Positions 47,437 to 47,747 of a stretch of 47,747 bases of DNA are shown piece by piece. The stretch's first letter is position 1. Every line of letters starts with the position of its first letter. The stretch is from Chiloscyllium plagiosum (taxonomy: Eukaryota), in assembly GCF_004010195.1 (NCBI RefSeq), contig NC_057719.1:78728666-78776412 (forward strand), read 5' to 3'. Under the pieces are notes generated by a model that worked only from the letters and a program-made list of their open reading frames with translations, searched no databases and was not told the origin of the DNA. The position numbers were made by a program, and so were the translations under genes.

Positions 47437-47747
47437 TTATTGCTGGAACAGCACAGCAGGTCAGGCAGCATCCAGGGAACAGGAGATTCGACGTTTCGGG
47501 CACAGGCCCTTCTTGAGGAATGAGCAGAGAGTGTTCAGCAGGAGAAGATAAAAGGTAGGGAGGAGGGACTTGGAGGAGGGGAGTTGGAAATGTGATAGGT
47601 GGAAAGAGGTCAAGGTGAGGGTGATAGGTCGAAGTAGGGTGGAGGCGGAGAGGTCAAGAAGAAGACAGCAGGTCAGGAAGGCGGTGCCGGGCTGGAGGGA
47701 TCCGGCTGAGACAAGGTGGGGGGAGGGGGGATGAACAAACTGGTGAA
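47437..47747 (-). mobile_element. 3' end of a Penelope-like element continuing beyond the window
   Basis: Family-A terminus with hammerhead remnant (minus strand CTCAAGA-a-gggc(ctgt)gccc-GAAA-cg-TC, G5 mutated) and a 3' UTR like 11390-11487. Confidence 0.85.

Noticed and set aside
39703..47747. Downstream RGS6 exon (PYFWPSNCWEPENTDY-like)
   Set aside because: No matching exon found by eye.

Overview
Repeat-dense vertebrate intronic DNA, almost certainly from a shark or other elasmobranch (many HE1-type V-SINEs plus their partner CR1/HER1 LINE). It comes from a draft assembly with three N gaps. The only host-gene sequence I can support is two short + strand coding exons missed by the ORF track (35189-35239 and 39596-39702). 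They splice in frame to the DEP domain of an R7-family RGS protein, best match RGS6, so the whole window probably lies inside that gene. The rest is layered mobile DNA: CR1/HER1 LINEs (one near full length with an esterase ORF1), HE1 SINEs, a second tRNA-derived SINE, a Deu-SINE remnant, Rex/L2-like ends, a decayed Gypsy element, a poly(A) retroposon with a target-site duplication (TSD), and Penelope-like elements (PLEs) with a GIY-YIG endonuclease. The most notable signal is about 15 PLE-terminus-derived units in three sequence families, most carrying all or part of a minimal hammerhead ribozyme motif (CUGANGA-A-stem II-GAAA-palindromic stem III-UH). Several are 160-280 bp non-coding fold-back elements with one hammerhead per strand and 9-14 bp TSDs. 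Repeat boundaries were read by eye and are approximate; family names come from recognition, not database searches.
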